Of a DNA stretch of 64,000 bases, positions 1 through 12,838 are shown in pieces. The notes under the pieces are model-generated. The model saw only the letters and a program-made list of their open reading frames with translations. It was not told the origin of the DNA and ran no database searches. This DNA is from Octopus vulgaris. Its lineage: Eukaryota. The DNA lies in the NCBI GenBank assembly GCA_951406725.2, contig OX597815.1:17856001-17920000 (forward strand), written 5' to 3'. Both the position numbers and the translations under genes were made by a program. Every line of letters starts with the position of its first letter. Within the stretch, counting starts at the first letter, position 1.

Positions 1-87
1 TTATGTTACTAAATTCTTTGTTATATTTGAAATCAATTGAAAGAAACACAGAGCATCTCAAAATAAATGCAGTAACGAAAGGGTTAA
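1..87. mobile_element. End of a piggyBac-type MITE (truncated by window edge)
   Basis: Ends in AAAGGG-TTAA, the same terminus type as the TTAA-CCC...GGG-TTAA MITEs at 2208 and 6759. Confidence 0.4.
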
Positions 88-231
88 ATGATATTCATTA
101 CTTACTTTTTAGATATGGTTACCTTCGGTAATTAAGTAGTAATCAGAATTAAACTTTATAGTGTCCTCTAAAAAGAAGAAGCATAGTGAGATATTGATTT
201 TGATCTGATTTTATTCTGGGGGACCAATGCT

Positions 232-452
232 ATCATCATCATTGTTCGACCGTAGTCGAGACAATGGAATTTACTATTTTACGCCAGACTTCACAGTCCA
301 TCATAGCATTACAGAGGTCCTGTTGCTGGATGCCTGTATCCCTGGAGATTACATCAGGGTAGGAGAGTGCGCACCCTCTGGTATCGCGAGCAGATGGCTT
401 CCAGAGGAGAAGAGTAGAAATTACCTCGTTTTCAGACCAATGCCAAAGAAAC
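232..452 (-). mobile_element. RTE-clade LINE 3' fragment
   Basis: Minus translation ENEVISTLLLWKP..RG..LSYPDVISRDTG..QDL.NAMMD.EVWR resembles an RTE ORF C-terminus and is followed by a (TGA)n tail. Confidence 0.7.
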
Positions 453-539
453 ACCTATCTGATGGGCTGATTAACTAGAATCTACTAAATAAGCATCAGA
501 CATAATATTTAGCAGTATCCGTCCCAGTTCTTTACATTC

Positions 540-1065
540 CGAGATCAAATGCCACCAAAGTCAACTTTGTCTTTCATCCTTTCAGGGTCAGTAAAATAAA
601 GTACCAGTCAAATACTGAGGTTAATACAATCAACTATCTTCTTCACCCTACAAAATTGCTGGTCTTATGTCAAAATTTGAGACAATTATTATTATTATTA
701 AAGCTCTCGGAATGGTTGGCGTTAGGAAGGGCATCCAGCTGTAGAAACTCTGCCAGATCAAGATTGGAGCCTGGTGCAGCCATCTGGTTCGCCAGCCCTC
801 AGTCAAAATCGTCCAACCCATGCTAGCAAGGAAAGCGGACGTTAAACGACGATGATGATGAGTTGGTAGAGCTGGTGAAGTAGTGGAAAAAATGCTTTGT
901 GGTATTTGTTTTAACTTTTTATCTTCTAAGCTCAATGTTGTCTGCCATCCTTTCAGAGCCAATGAAATAATGTACCAGTGAAATACTGGGGTCAATTTGA
1001 TCAACAGCACCCCCACCCCCACCCCCGTCAAAACTGCTGACCTTGTGCCTAAATCAGAACCAATC
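540..1065 (+). mobile_element. Two decayed family-B (Meta/MESC-domain-like) SINE pieces with a family-D tail element at 708-860
   Basis: CTTTCATCCTTTCAGGGTC..AAGTACCAG motif twice; AGGAAGGGCATCCAGCTG...GGACGTTAAACGACGATGATGA between them. Confidence 0.7.
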
Positions 1066-1314
1066 ACCATCATCAAGATTTTCTTTGAACAATTTCTGCA
1101 ATTTTGGGATTATCACTTTACTGAATTAAAAAGAGAGGTTACAAAGTCTGGAGCAAATTAAACTGAACATGAGAAGTCGATACATCATATATTAAATTTA
1201 TAGATCTGACAATAAATTATACAATCCTGTGATAATTACAGCTAAATCAGTTTGATCCATAGTTGTTAAATGCCTTGGTCATGGATAGATGTCATAGACC
1301 TAATTTAAATTACA

Positions 1315-1720
1315 CATCGTCGCCTTACTGGCACTTATGCCTGTGCTAGTAGGGTGCCAAGAGCACCATCTGAGCGTGATCGTTGCCAGAGCAGCCAACT
1401 GGCTTCTGTATCCGTGGCACGCACAAGGGCACCATTTGAGCGTGATTGTTACCAACGTCGCTTCACTGGCACCTGTACCGATGGCATGTGTAAAAAGATT
1501 CGAGCGAGGTCATTGCCAGTCCCGCTTGACAGGCTTCTGTGCCGGTGGCATGTAAAAAGCACCCACAACACTCTCGGAGTGTTTGGCATTAGGAAGGGTA
1601 TCCAGCTGTAGAAATGCTGCCAGATCAAGATTGGAGCCTGGTGCAGCCATCTGGCTCACCAGCCCTCAGTCAAAATCGTCCAACCCATTTTAGCATGGAA
1701 AGCGGACGTTGAACAATGAA
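1315..1720 (+). mobile_element. Family-D retroposon 3' end (RTE-type tail)
   Basis: Near-identical to the copies at 48425-48765 and 59475-59686. Confidence 0.8.
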
Positions 1721-2207
1721 GTTGTTTACACTGACTCTAGTACTTATTTTACAGTCCTCAGAATAAAGTCAACCAGGATGGAATTTGAACCGAGATGCTC
1801 AGCAGGTGAAACAAAATAGCTCAAAGTATTTTGTTCCATGCTCTATCAATTATGGCATCTACCAGCCGCAAGTAACAATTTTTTAAATGAATATGTACTC
1901 ATGCATTTAAAATATGCTATAATTAGGTCATCTGTATCAACAGATTCGAAATATATGCAGATGCTTTTAGCAAATCTGGATTGCACATTTGCAATAATAT
2001 TCCTCTTACCTCATCATGATGATCTAATTGAGAGAAGGTACAGAATTTGATATTTCTCTAATATTAACTGGGTCACATGGTTCTATTCTACCGCAGGTGC
2101 TGCTTTGATTCCTTCACTTCAACAGACGAACAAATGACGGCACTTATTTTTTTGATTTTTTAAAAATTAGATTGGGTTGAATTGGCAAGTATAGTAATGT
2201 GTCTTGC

Positions 2208-2577
2208 TTAACCCTTTAGTGTTCAGATTATTCTGTCAAATGTGATGTTTTTTTTTTATTTAAAATGGTTTGAGTTAATCATGCATTATCTTGTAATTTA
2301 GAAATTTCAGTGACGTGATTTTTTTTAGTTTTAGAATGACATGGTAGGGCTGAGGTAAGAGGCAAGATCTGGTCAGTTTCAATATCATCATCATCGTTTA
2401 ACGTCCGCTTTCCGCGCTAGCATGGGTTGGACGGTTCGACCAGGGTCTGGGGAGCCAGGGGCTGCCCCAGGCTCCAGTCTGATCTGGCAGTGTTTCTGGA
2501 TGCCCTTCCTAACGCCAACTATAAAACAGCTTAAATATTTTGGCCGGACACGGCCGGTTTGAACGCTAAAGGGTTAA
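2208..2577. mobile_element. piggyBac-type MITE with nested family-D fragment (2385-2520, minus)
   Basis: TTAA-CCCTTTAG ... CTAAAGGG-TTAA termini; homologous to 6759-7665. Confidence 0.7.
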
Positions 2578-3140
2578 GGGTCGATTAAAATGATGGTAAC
2601 CAATGACTATGAAACCAAGACTAACTCCCGCATCATTTTTTATCTTGTAGTTTTTAACCCACTCGATTTATACATGCACAGACTCTTGAACATGTATCAT
2701 TCAAACTTTACATCTGTTAGTTCTTAGCTATAATAGTAGCTTGAATCAATTATTTTAATTTGTTTCAAGTGGACTTTAAGCCTGTCATCAGACATGCTTC
2801 TTATACAGCGATGATACCCGACTTAAGTATGTTTATGGGTGTGTGAAAAAGTATCTTGATAATTATTGTTGAAGTTATATATTTATTTATTTGTATTTCT
2901 TCTACTATGAATCTATTATACTGCTACCCAAGTCTAGTCATGGAAACTGCATCAGTAATAGTTGCCATAGTGATCGTAAAGGCTGGAATAAAATACAGTT
3001 TCAGCAGCAGTGGCAACAAAACTAAGTGTTCTGAAGCTCATATTTTGCTAACGGGTTTTATGAGCTAACAATACAAATTTAAGGGAGAAATTTAAGAAAG
3101 AAACACATTGTATTTTATAAATAATTGATGTTTATATTAC

Positions 3141-3545
3141 ACTAGCAGTATCGCCCGGCATTGCTCGGGTTTGTAAGGGAAATAACTATATAAGCATTTT
3201 TAGTGAGTTATAGCCAAAAAATAGCAAAAAAATGCATTAAAAATGGGAAAAAAATTATGGTAAATTTTTTTTTAAATCGTTGACTCATCGTAGACATTTT
3301 TAGAGAGTTACTTCCCTAATATAATAGCGGAAAAAAAATGCATTAAAATGGAAAAAAAATGCTGGTAAATTTTTTTTTAAATCGTAGATTCATCGTAGAC
3401 GCGCGCTAATACCCAGAAGGGCTCGATATGAATCACGACTATAAGATACTCGGTTTTGGTTAAACTGCACCGCAAAATGTGGGAGTAGTTAGGAATCTAA
3501 ATCGTAGGAGACAGACACACAACTTCACTTTTATATATAAAAATA
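3141..3545 (+). mobile_element. Helentron-associated / Lep1-like non-autonomous element (HINE)
   Basis: Starts ACTAGCAGTATCGCCCGGCATTGCTCGGG and ends (CAGA)..CTTTTATATATA; related copies at 29263, 43828 and 60787. Confidence 0.65.
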
Positions 3546-3653
3546 TGTGCATGAGAAATATATGTATACATTCATACATGTATGCATGCCTGTAGATATA
3601 CACATGTGTAAATCTAAGAGACGAGACATATTTCATGTTAATATTTTTAACAA

Positions 3654-4168
3654 ATATTGTTGTATTTAGGAAGGGTCATTTTGCCAGTTTAGCCAATAAA
3701 AAAACACACGCACTATATATTTGGTGTTACTTTGCTTCAGCGTTATTTATTTTTTACATTAATCTTAATCTTATTTCGGCCAGAATTCTTTCGTCATACT
3801 CCTGTGACCGCATATAAACAGGAGATACAAATATTACAGGCATCCACCCCCCCAAACACACACACACACTAACTAAACATAGACGCACATAGAGATATAC
3901 GCATGCGCAAATGAAGACACATACAATAGAAATACGAAATACAAAATCGCTGACGGTTGGTAAGGAGAGACACACAAATAAGAAAGAAGAAAGCAAAGGA
4001 CCACTGATGCGGTCACAGGAGTGTGACGGAAGAACTCTGGCCGAAATAAGATTAAGATTAATGTAAAAAATAAATAAAGCTGAAGCAAAGTAACACCAAA
4101 TATAAATAGTGCATGTGTTTTTTTATTGGCTAAACTGGCAAAATGACTATTCCTAAATACAACAATAT
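3654..4168. mobile_element. Penelope-type terminal-repeat element with ~160-bp inverted arms
   Basis: 3654-3813 is the reverse complement of 4007-4168; carries a hammerhead remnant; same family as 45748-46040. Confidence 0.7.
4001..4040 (+). ncRNA. Decayed minimal type-I hammerhead ribozyme
   Basis: CCA-CTGATGC-G-GTCACA-GGAG-TGTGAC-GGAA-GAAC-TC-TGG; two core substitutions relative to the intact paralog at 45877-45916. Confidence 0.6.
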
Positions 4169-4233
4169 CTGTTTCAACACACGATTTCACATCAAAAATC
4201 TTGCAAAACAAATATATAAACGTAAATTGTTAA

Positions 4234-4637
4234 CAGGAGTTGCTGTGTGGTAAGTAGCTTGCTAACCAACCACATGGTTCCAGGTTCAGTCCCACTGCGT
4301 GGCATCTTGGGCAAGTGTCTTCTGCTATAGCCCCGGGCCGACCAATGCCTTGTGAGTGGATTTGGTAGATGGAAACTGAAAGAAGCCTGTCGTATATATG
4401 TATATATATATATGTGTATGTGTGTGTGTGTTTGTGTGCCTGTGTTTGTCCCCCTAGCATTGCATGACAACCGATGCTGATGTGTTTACGTCCCCATCAC
4501 TTAGCGGTTCGGCAAAGAGACCGATAGAATAAGTACTGGGCTTACAAAGAATAAGTCCCGGAGTCGATTTGCTCGACTAAAGGCAGTGTTCCAGCATGGC
4601 CGCAGTCAAAATGACTGAAACAAGTAAAAGAGTAAAT
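4234..4637 (+). mobile_element. Family-A tRNA-derived SINE (~400 bp, internal TA/TG microsatellite)
   Basis: A/B-box-like head TGCTGTGTGGTAAG...GGTTCAGTCCC; more than 10 copies in the window. Confidence 0.9.
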
Positions 4638-5676
4638 ATATCCATATATGTTATATTTGTTAACTTGTTTCCTTCCCCTTTTACTAGAAAATCTTGTTCA
4701 AGATTTTTTCAGTTTTCCTATCTATGCAAACATATCTGTGTAAGTTACTTAAAACTAGTATTAAACTTACTTTTCGGTCCTTTGTATCAAAATTTCCGTA
4801 CTATTTTGTAAAATGCGTCCAATTTTGTCACCACTTTTGAAGGATGTCTATACTGTAGACTATTTGTACACGTCATATTTTGTAACACACATTATTACAA
4901 AAAATTCATTTTAGTTAATATCCGTCCATCTATAATAATTTTTAAAAATCTATGCCAACATCATGTTTCAATATTGACAATCAATGTTATTCAGCAGATC
5001 AAGTATCAATATATAGCTATAAGCACGATAGAAACACATTTTATCTATTTTGTTTATTAATGTTTATTTTAACCTAGATCTTTGCAAAATTAGCCTTGGT
5101 GAAAGTTACAGAAGGCTTTTTGTTTGCTTATTTCGGTTTTACAGCTGCAATTCTTGAAAATAAGTGATAAGACAATATTGAAGGAAGGCTTTACAAATCT
5201 ACTTTCTTGTCAGAATTTAGACATCATTATCTCCGAGGTGTTCATTTAAAGTTATTACCTTTCAATTCAAAAGTTTTTTGGCCTTTGTTATCTAAGAATT
5301 GATATTGAGTCAATAGAGAAAAGAACCCTTCTTCTTTCAATTTCCCCAACTTTTTTTTTCTTTTTACCGTTATCGAATTGGTTTCTAATTTGTGTGAAGC
5401 AGATGTTAATTTTTGAACACTTTCCTGTTGCTGCCTGAATTCCTTTGGTCTAATCTTATTCACTGGGGATAGAATGAAACCTCATTTTACTCTTATCTTT
5501 TTATGTGACTTTAAATTATTCAGACTTCCCAGCTTTTCCCCTGCTACAGCATGTTTAATTTTCATACAATATCTGATGGTCTAAGATATCCAATCAGTGG
5601 CGTATTAATTACAATATGTAAATTTGTTTCTGAATTGAAATTATTTAATACTACAAGTGCCAACACTTAATCCATC

Positions 5677-6050
5677 TTATTTCTTTGTTGTCCACAAGGG
5701 GCTAAACACAGAGGGGATAAACAAGGACAGACAAAGGGATTAAGTCGATGGCATCGACCCCAGTGCGTAACTGGTACTTAATTTATCAACCCCGAAAGGA
5801 TGAAAGGCAACGTCGACCTCGGCGGAATTTGAACTCGGGGCTAAACATAGAGGGGACAAACAAGGACAGACAAAGGGATCAAGTCGATGGCATCGACCCC
5901 AGTGCATAACTGGTACTTAATTTATCAACCCCGAAAGGATGAAAGGCAAAATCGACCTCGGAGGAATTTGAACTCAGAACATAACAGCAAACAAAATACC
6001 GCCAAGAATTTTTCCCGGCGTGCTAACATTTCTGCCAACTCCCTGCTTTC
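5677..6050 (-). mobile_element. Family-B SINE, partially duplicated
   Basis: Reverse complement of the GGCAGAA..TTAGCACGCCGGG..GAGTTCAAATTCC..CTTTCATCCTTTCGGGG family; flanked by a CACTTAATCCATCT direct repeat. Confidence 0.85.
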
Positions 6051-6758
6051 ACTTAATCCATCTATTACAATGCCACCAACTTCGATGTTCCAAGCTGATT
6101 ATTTTTTCTTTATCTAACTCCCACTGTTATGTATAAAAAGTTTTTCAGGTTAAGCTCAGCTTCCAATCTACAGGTACAAGGCCTTAACTAATATATTATG
6201 ATTAACTGGTGTTATTCTTGATCCATTTATTTACTGTAGTTCTTCAGTAGAGAGAAATTAAATAATTTTCAGATAACAGAAAAAAAAAAAAAAACAAAAA
6301 AAAAAAAAAAAAAAAAAAAAAATTATGTCTTTGGAAAGACAGTTGAAAAACTACTGATGGTAAAGATGAAGATTATAAAGATAATTATTATTAGCAATGC
6401 TGATCACCATCTGTTCAACAACATTTGAACAACTTTAATAATAGAATATTGAATTTGAAGTGTCAAGATAGATAACCAATGAAGGAAGCCACTAGATTTC
6501 TCTGCTACACCCCGATTTAATAACAAACAAGAGTAAATAGCATAAAATGTTTAAAATAACTTATTTTTGTTTTCAGGTTTGCTAAAGTTAAAAATAATGC
6601 ATTCTCATTATTTAAGACATTCTTACAAAAAAAAAACATACTAAATCCTAACTAAAGCTCATTACACACCTAAATATTTGCAAACACCTTGTTTAGTGAT
6701 TAAACTCTACCTTTCTAGCTAATCTCTATGCTTTACCTACCTCATCTTCAAAAAAAAT

Positions 6759-7665
6759 TTTAACCCTTTCGCATTCAGATTACTCTTTTACTCTTTTACT
6801 TGTTTCAGTCATTTGACTGCGGCCCTGCTGGAGCACCGCCTTTAGTCGAGCAAATTGACCCCAGGACTTATTCTTTGTAAGCCTACTACTTATTCTATCG
6901 GTCTCTTTTGCCAAACCGCTAATGATACGGGGACGTAAACACACCAGCATCAGTTGCCAAGCGATGTTGGAGGTACAAACACAGACACACAAACATATAA
7001 ACACACACACGCATAAATATATATATATACATATACGACGGGCTTCTTTCAGTTTCCGTCTACCAAATCCACTCACAAGGCTTTGGTCAGCCTGAGGTTA
7101 TAGTAGAAGACACTTGCCCAAGGTGCCATGCAGTGGGACTGAAAATCGACCCCAGAACTTATTCTTTGTAAGCCCAGTACTTATTCTATTGGTCTCATTT
7201 GCCAAATTGCTAAGTTACAGGGACGTAAACACACCAGCATCAGTTGTCAAGCGATGTTGGGGGTACAAACGCAGACACACAAACATATACACACACATAC
7301 ATATATATACATACATATACAACGGGCTTCTTTCAGTTTCTGTCTACCAAATCCACTCACAAGGCTTTGGTTGGCCCAAGGCTATAGTAGAAGACACTTG
7401 CCCAAGGTGCCACGCAGTGGGACTGAACACGGGAACCATGTGGTTGGTAAGCAAGCTACTTACCACACAGCCACACCTGTAATACTTATTCACATAGTTT
7501 TGAATTAATCGTGCATTACCTCATAGCTTCATGATTCTAATGTGATTATATATTTTTAGAATGACATTATAAGGTAGGTGTGACAGGCCTGATCTAGCTG
7601 GTTTGAACATTACACAGGTAGAATATTTTGGCCGGATATGGTCAGTTTAAATGCTAAAGGGTTAA
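6759..7665. mobile_element. piggyBac-type MITE interrupted by two tandem family-A SINEs (6781-7480, minus)
   Basis: TTAACCCTTT at the left end; the MITE body resumes at ~7480 and ends AAAGGGTTAA. Confidence 0.75.
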
Positions 7666-7799
7666 GCTATATAGTTTTAGTTTAGTATATTAAACAAAAG
7701 CAGTTTGGAGTGTTGAAGAGTATTTTGACTGTTTCACTCCAAGTGGTATTGTTGTACTTTTCATAATTTGTTTCATTTACTCGAAGACCCGACAAATAA

Positions 7800-8316
7800 T
7801 GTGAGTTCATGGCTGTTTCCTGCACCAGCTTCACATAGAAGCCCCAGCCTTTCTAAAGTGCCTTGGATAGCAGGACGGCCTGCTGTGTTAACCTTGGATC
7901 GTAGGGCAACCTGCTGTGCTTGAGGAGACCTATTGAGTCAAGTACATCAACATCAAAAAAAATTCTTTTTTTTAAATCTCATGGAAATTGTAGTTGTGAT
8001 ACCTGTGCCGGTGGCACATAAAAAGCACCATCCGTACGTGGCCGATGCCAGCACCACCTTGACTGGCTTTCGTGCCGGTGGCACGTAAAAAGCATCAACC
8101 GATCGGGGCCATTGCCAGCCTCCCCTGGCACGTAAAAAGCACCCACTACACTCATGGAGTGGTTGGTGTTAGGAAGGGCATCCAGCTGTAGAAACACTGC
8201 CAGATCAGACTGGAGCCTGGTGCAGCCTCCTGGCTTCCCAGACCCCAGTCGAACCGTCCAACCCATGCAAGCATGGAAAATGGACATTAAACTATGATGA
8301 TGATGATGATGATGAT
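7800..8316 (+). mobile_element. Family-D retroposon 3' end with (GAT)n tail
   Basis: Repeated GGTGGCACGTAAAAAGCA motif, AGGAAGGGCATCCAGCTG, and a (GAT)n tail. Confidence 0.8.
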
Positions 8317-8706
8317 AGAGATAGGCTATCTCTATAAAAGTACTCCATCTAAGTTGAAGTTTTCAGAAAATAGGAAATCTGTCATGGAAACCAATATATA
8401 TGGATTCTCATTGTAATTTGGTTATGATTCAACTTCGGAAAGGATTCTAATGATAAAAATAGATGCTGGAGACCTCAGCAAGAAGCCATAAGCAGCAACT
8501 AACTTCTACTTAAAACTTTTCAGTAGAAATTGATAAGTTTTCAATATAGATTTACATAACTTATCTAGCTGTTCATCAAACGTTGGCAGCTTGGTATCAT
8601 TTCATATTATTTCAGTAAAGATACACAATTATCAGAACTGGAACTTTGGAAACTAATTTCAAGGTTAACTGACACTCATGCTTTGACTGCCACTATAAAC
8701 AATAAG

Positions 8707-9008
8707 TGGAGGCGCAATGGCCTAGTGGTTAGGGCAGCGGACTCGCGGTCGCAGGATCGCGGTTTCGATTCCCAGACCGGGCATTGTGAGTGTTTATTGA
8801 GCGAAAACACCTAAAAGCTCCACGAGGCTCCGGCAGGGGGGGGGGGGGTGATCCCTGCTGTACTCTTTCTCCCAGTCTTTCCTCTGTTGGCCTGCTTGCT
8901 TAGCCAGCGGGGTGGCGTCATTCGAAGGCTAAAAGCAATGCAAACGCATTGTGACCAGCGATGTGTAACAACATCTGATAGTCTGGTCGGTCACGTGATC
9001 ACGTGATA
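8707..9008 (+). mobile_element. Family-C tRNA(Arg)-like SINE (resembles octopus OR-type SINEs)
   Basis: Head GGAGGCGCAATGGCCTAGTGG...GGTTTCGATTCCC with A and B boxes; flanked by ATAAACAATAA direct repeats. Confidence 0.85.
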
Positions 9009-9057
9009 AACAATAATTAGTATTGTATTTGTGGACTTAATATTATAGATAACATTA

Positions 9058-9262
9058 AGGCAGAGAGCTGGCAGAATCATTAGCACACGGGGCAAAATAC
9101 TCGGAGGCATTTTGTCCATCTTTACACTCTGAGTTCAAATTCCACCAAGTTCGACTTTGCCTTTTATCCTTTTGGGGGTTGATAAAAATAAGTGCCAGTT
9201 GAGCACTGAAGTCAATGTAATCAACTTACCCTTCCCCAAAATTGCTGGCCTCATGCCTAAAT
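9058..9262 (+). mobile_element. Family-B SINE
   Basis: GGCAGAGAGCTGGCAGAATCATTAGCAC head and CTTTTATCCTTTTGGGG domain. Confidence 0.8.
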
Positions 9263-9832
9263 TCTTTATTTTCGTTTGTAAACCATATTTCCAGTGGTTT
9301 AATCTCCACATGGTGGGGAGGGCACCTAATAGGCTTCTACTGGAATTTGCCTTGCATATCCAATGCTTGGAGAACTGATCACATAACGAGCATTTATCAT
9401 GTACTTATACATAACACCTGATAATGGAAAAAGACTAAAAATACACAAAATCCCAGAAAATATGACATCAACAAGTATGGGTGAATGATGTATTTAAAAT
9501 GATTTAGACATAACAACTACTTTAACTCCCAACAGATTCTCTTACAAGTCAATAATAGTGTATATTAGCAAGCTAATTCATCATAGGAAACAATCACAAA
9601 GATATTTGGTAGCTAGATCGAGTCTTCCATTTCCTATCATTATTATGTAACAAAATGATGATTCTCTGTGGCATCCTTGCATTTTAATATAATCATACAA
9701 TCAAACTTTATCAGTTTAGTAGACTAATATAAAGAAATAAAGGTTGGAGCAATCTGTATCAACATTTACATGTAACTAGTTCCTGTTCAATTACCAACTC
9801 AGACCATAAAAGTGAATAAAATTTTGAAGTAA

Positions 9833-9999
9833 CAGGCGCAGGAGTGGCTGTGTGGTAAGTAGCTTGCTAACCAACAACATGGTTCCGGGTTCAGTCCCAC
9901 TGCGTGGCATCTTGGGCAAGTGTCTCCTACTATGGCCTCGGGCCAACCAAAGCCTTGTGAGTATATTTGGTAGACGGAAACTGAAAGAAGCCCGTCGTG

Positions 10000-10040
<41 letters not shown>

Positions 10041-10235
10041 CTGTGTTTGTCCCCCTAGCATTGCTTGACAACCGATGCTGGTGTGTTTACATCCCCGTCA
10101 CTTAGCGTTTCGGCAAAAGAGACCGATAGAATAAGTACTGGGCTTACAAAAGAATAAGTCCCGGGGTCGATTTGCTCGACTAAAGGCGGTGCTCCAGCAT
10201 GGCCGCAGTCAAATGACTGAAACAAGTAAAGAGTA
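9833..10235 (+). mobile_element. Family-A SINE
   Basis: Full-length match to the other copies. Confidence 0.9.
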
Positions 10236-11029
10236 ACAAAACATAACCACTACTTCTATGGTGATCATATACACTTTCTTTATTGAATCCACGTAGTAGT
10301 AGTAGTAGTATTAGTAGTAGTTTGTAGTAGAGATTAAGACACAGCAAAATTCTATAAAATTTGTTGAGCACCTTTTGGTTATAGTAAACGTATGCAGTAT
10401 TGATTAACAGTTCACTGTGTCTTCGGTTAGAGATACAGCTGTCACTCTCAAGATGCTGTTGGACTTCATAGAGAGCTCAATCACTAATTGATTCTTTACT
10501 TTTAACCATGTTCGCAGCCATCCTCTTAAAATTGAAGCTGTACCCGCCACCCCTGGCATCGTTCCCGTTTATTCCAAAATGAAAACTGCACAGTGGAATC
10601 TAAGAATAGACTATTTACAGTTCTACATTTTGTGGGGGATTTTGTGTTTTTTTTTTTTAAGATTCTGAAATGAAAGATCTATCAACATTGAGACATTGTC
10701 CAAACTTTTAATCTTTCAGGGTTACTGGATTCGAATGAGTATTAAATTGGAGTCAAAATATTGAAGAGAAAGGAACGATGCCACCAGATTAAAATGCGCC
10801 AATGAAAAGGGAACTTAGAAGGGGAACATTTGGCTGGAATTGAATGCTTCAGAAATCTGTTCAACTGAATAATGATCGATAAGAACTGCTACAGGATCCA
10901 GGTTCTGAATTAGGCAATAATACAATTGGACAATGAAACGAAAATAAAAGGGCATTTGAATAGGGGTTTTAACGAATGGACAGTTACTGTAAAACTAAGA
11001 TGCTACCACTACAAATAATAATAACAATA

Positions 11030-11285
11030 CCCATGTTTCCAGAGGTGAATTATTCAAACCCCAAAGAATCCTTCTCAACACATGGCTATGATGCTCCCCC
11101 ACTACTTCTGCTCGTGATCAGAGATGCACATATCGTCAGCCACTAAGGGACATGCTCAACTGGTTAAGGTCAAACAACTGACAAACAAATCTGTGGTATT
11201 GAGCAGAATATTTGCTGTAGCCCATCTTTTATACCAAGACAAGGCATGCTCTGCTCGCTCACTCAATAATAATAATAATAATAAT
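11030..11285. mobile_element. Dong/R4-associated 3' UTR repeat with 5' inversion
   Basis: 11030-11242 matches the minus-oriented UTR at 42098-42310; 11243-11285 is the element 3' tip plus (AAT)n in plus orientation. Confidence 0.7.
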
Positions 11286-11726
11286 TGTTTCATGCATTCA
11301 CATGTGATAGGGAAAATGGGAGGAGTGGAGTGGAAAGCAGAGTGCCTGCAATATATTGGCTTCCGGTAATTTTGCAACTACAAAGAGAACACTTGCAAAT
11401 AAATAATCAGCACGTGCATACAAACATTGACTAAATGCATAGATAAACCGAACTGGAAGAGGTTATAATAACTCGCTTCCTTCTCAACAACGTGGTAATT
11501 ACAGAATTCAGTTCAAATCAAAAACACAAAAAGAGGGTTAACACGGCCCCCTTTACACGATGTATTTTGTTGTTATTTACAAACTATTTCACCGTCAAAC
11601 AAACTTACCTGTTAACACACTGATTTCCCTTCGTTTTTTGTTCGTTATTATTTTTACCGATCGAATTATATATTATTAGACACCTTTCCTTTCCACTTCT
11701 ATTTATTTTCAGCATTTTTCTGGGGG

Positions 11727-11786
<60 letters not shown>

Positions 11787-12377
11787 CGTTTTTACTTCAT
11801 CTTTTAAAGACATTTTAATAACATCGATACATCTATATTCCTTCTTGTACACACTGTGATCGGTTAAGAAGAATATTCATAGCTAGAGTTATTTCATTTT
11901 GATATTTTGCACGGATATTGACGCAAAAAAAAAAAAAAAAGAGAAAAAGAGAAATAGAAAAGAAAATCAAGCAGAAAGACACTCAACATTCTCTATAGTT
12001 ACATCAATAGCAAAATACATATGTATTTTGTTACAGTTTCTTTATTGAGGAAACAAGTTTCAAAGCAGAAACTCTTTCAAGTTTTGGTCATAATTTTTTT
12101 TTTTTTTTTATATATAAATATTTCTTTTTGCTTTTCTTTAATCAGAAGATTTTTATAAACATCGCTAATTTGATTATCATTAAAACAAGAGCAAAATATT
12201 GACAAACTAACATTTTTTTTTTTCTTACTTTTTTACTTTAGGTGAATATTTCGATCGATAAAAAGTTAAAAAGAAATTTTTTTTTTTTTTCATTACAGTA
12301 TCGGTTTACAAAATAAAGCGATTGTTCAAAATAAAAAAAAAGAATCGCATGCAACATATACATACATATACATATAA

Positions 12378-12427
<50 letters not shown>

Positions 12428-12638
12428 CCACATACGCACATATTACACGCAGAAACGCAATCTTATCATTATCTAGACATATATAAAAGTGAATATAGAT
12501 TAAGTAATCTAAAGCGTTTTAAATTATTAAACTTTTTGGGGAGTTAGAACTAGGGGGGAATAAAATGACAATCAAAAAAATGTCAAACTTTGTTGCAGCG
12601 CACTTATAAACTTATTGGTGCATCTGTTGGATACTTAC

Positions 12639-12838
12639 AAATTACTGGAGACGTCATCAAAAGCAGACAAGTAGGAAGTTGAGTAACTTGAGTGATGTAT
12701 AGGGTGTTCAAATCCTCCTTCACCGATTACTTCAGAGGCCCTCCTGGCTGCTATTGAAGCACGTCGAGTACTGAGAGCATTGCTTGCAGGTCCTGCAGTA
12801 GTTGCAGCTAACTCGGCGAAAAATCTTACGGACGTCAT
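12639..12838 (-). CDS. Probable alternative first coding exon of an unidentified gene (MTSVRFFAELAATTAGPASNALSTRRASIAARRASEVIGEGGFEHPIHHSSYSTSYLSAFDDVSSN..)
   Basis: ATG in CAAC-ATG context with an upstream in-frame TAG; GC-richer unique sequence; ends at TT|GTAAGT (phase-2 donor overlapping the TAA at 12635-12637); two RRAS PKA-consensus sites. Confidence 0.65.

Noticed and set aside
227-478. 83-aa plus-strand ORF
   Set aside because: It is the antisense of the RTE LINE C-terminal fragment.
2010-2023. 14-nt minus-strand microexon candidate (caattag|ATCATCATGATGAG|gtaaga)
   Set aside because: In the phase 2 required by the upstream exons it gives an immediate TGA, and there is no other support.
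5100-5620. Possible decayed transposase (also 40800-41200, faintly like a hAT dimerisation domain)
   Set aside because: Motifs are too degraded to call by eye; a translated HMM search is needed.
8707-8780. tRNA-Arg gene (also heads at 21648, 27452, 32112, 35343, 44714, 57652)
   Set aside because: The A/B-box heads run into shared SINE bodies with TSDs and lack a proper acceptor stem, so they are SINE heads.
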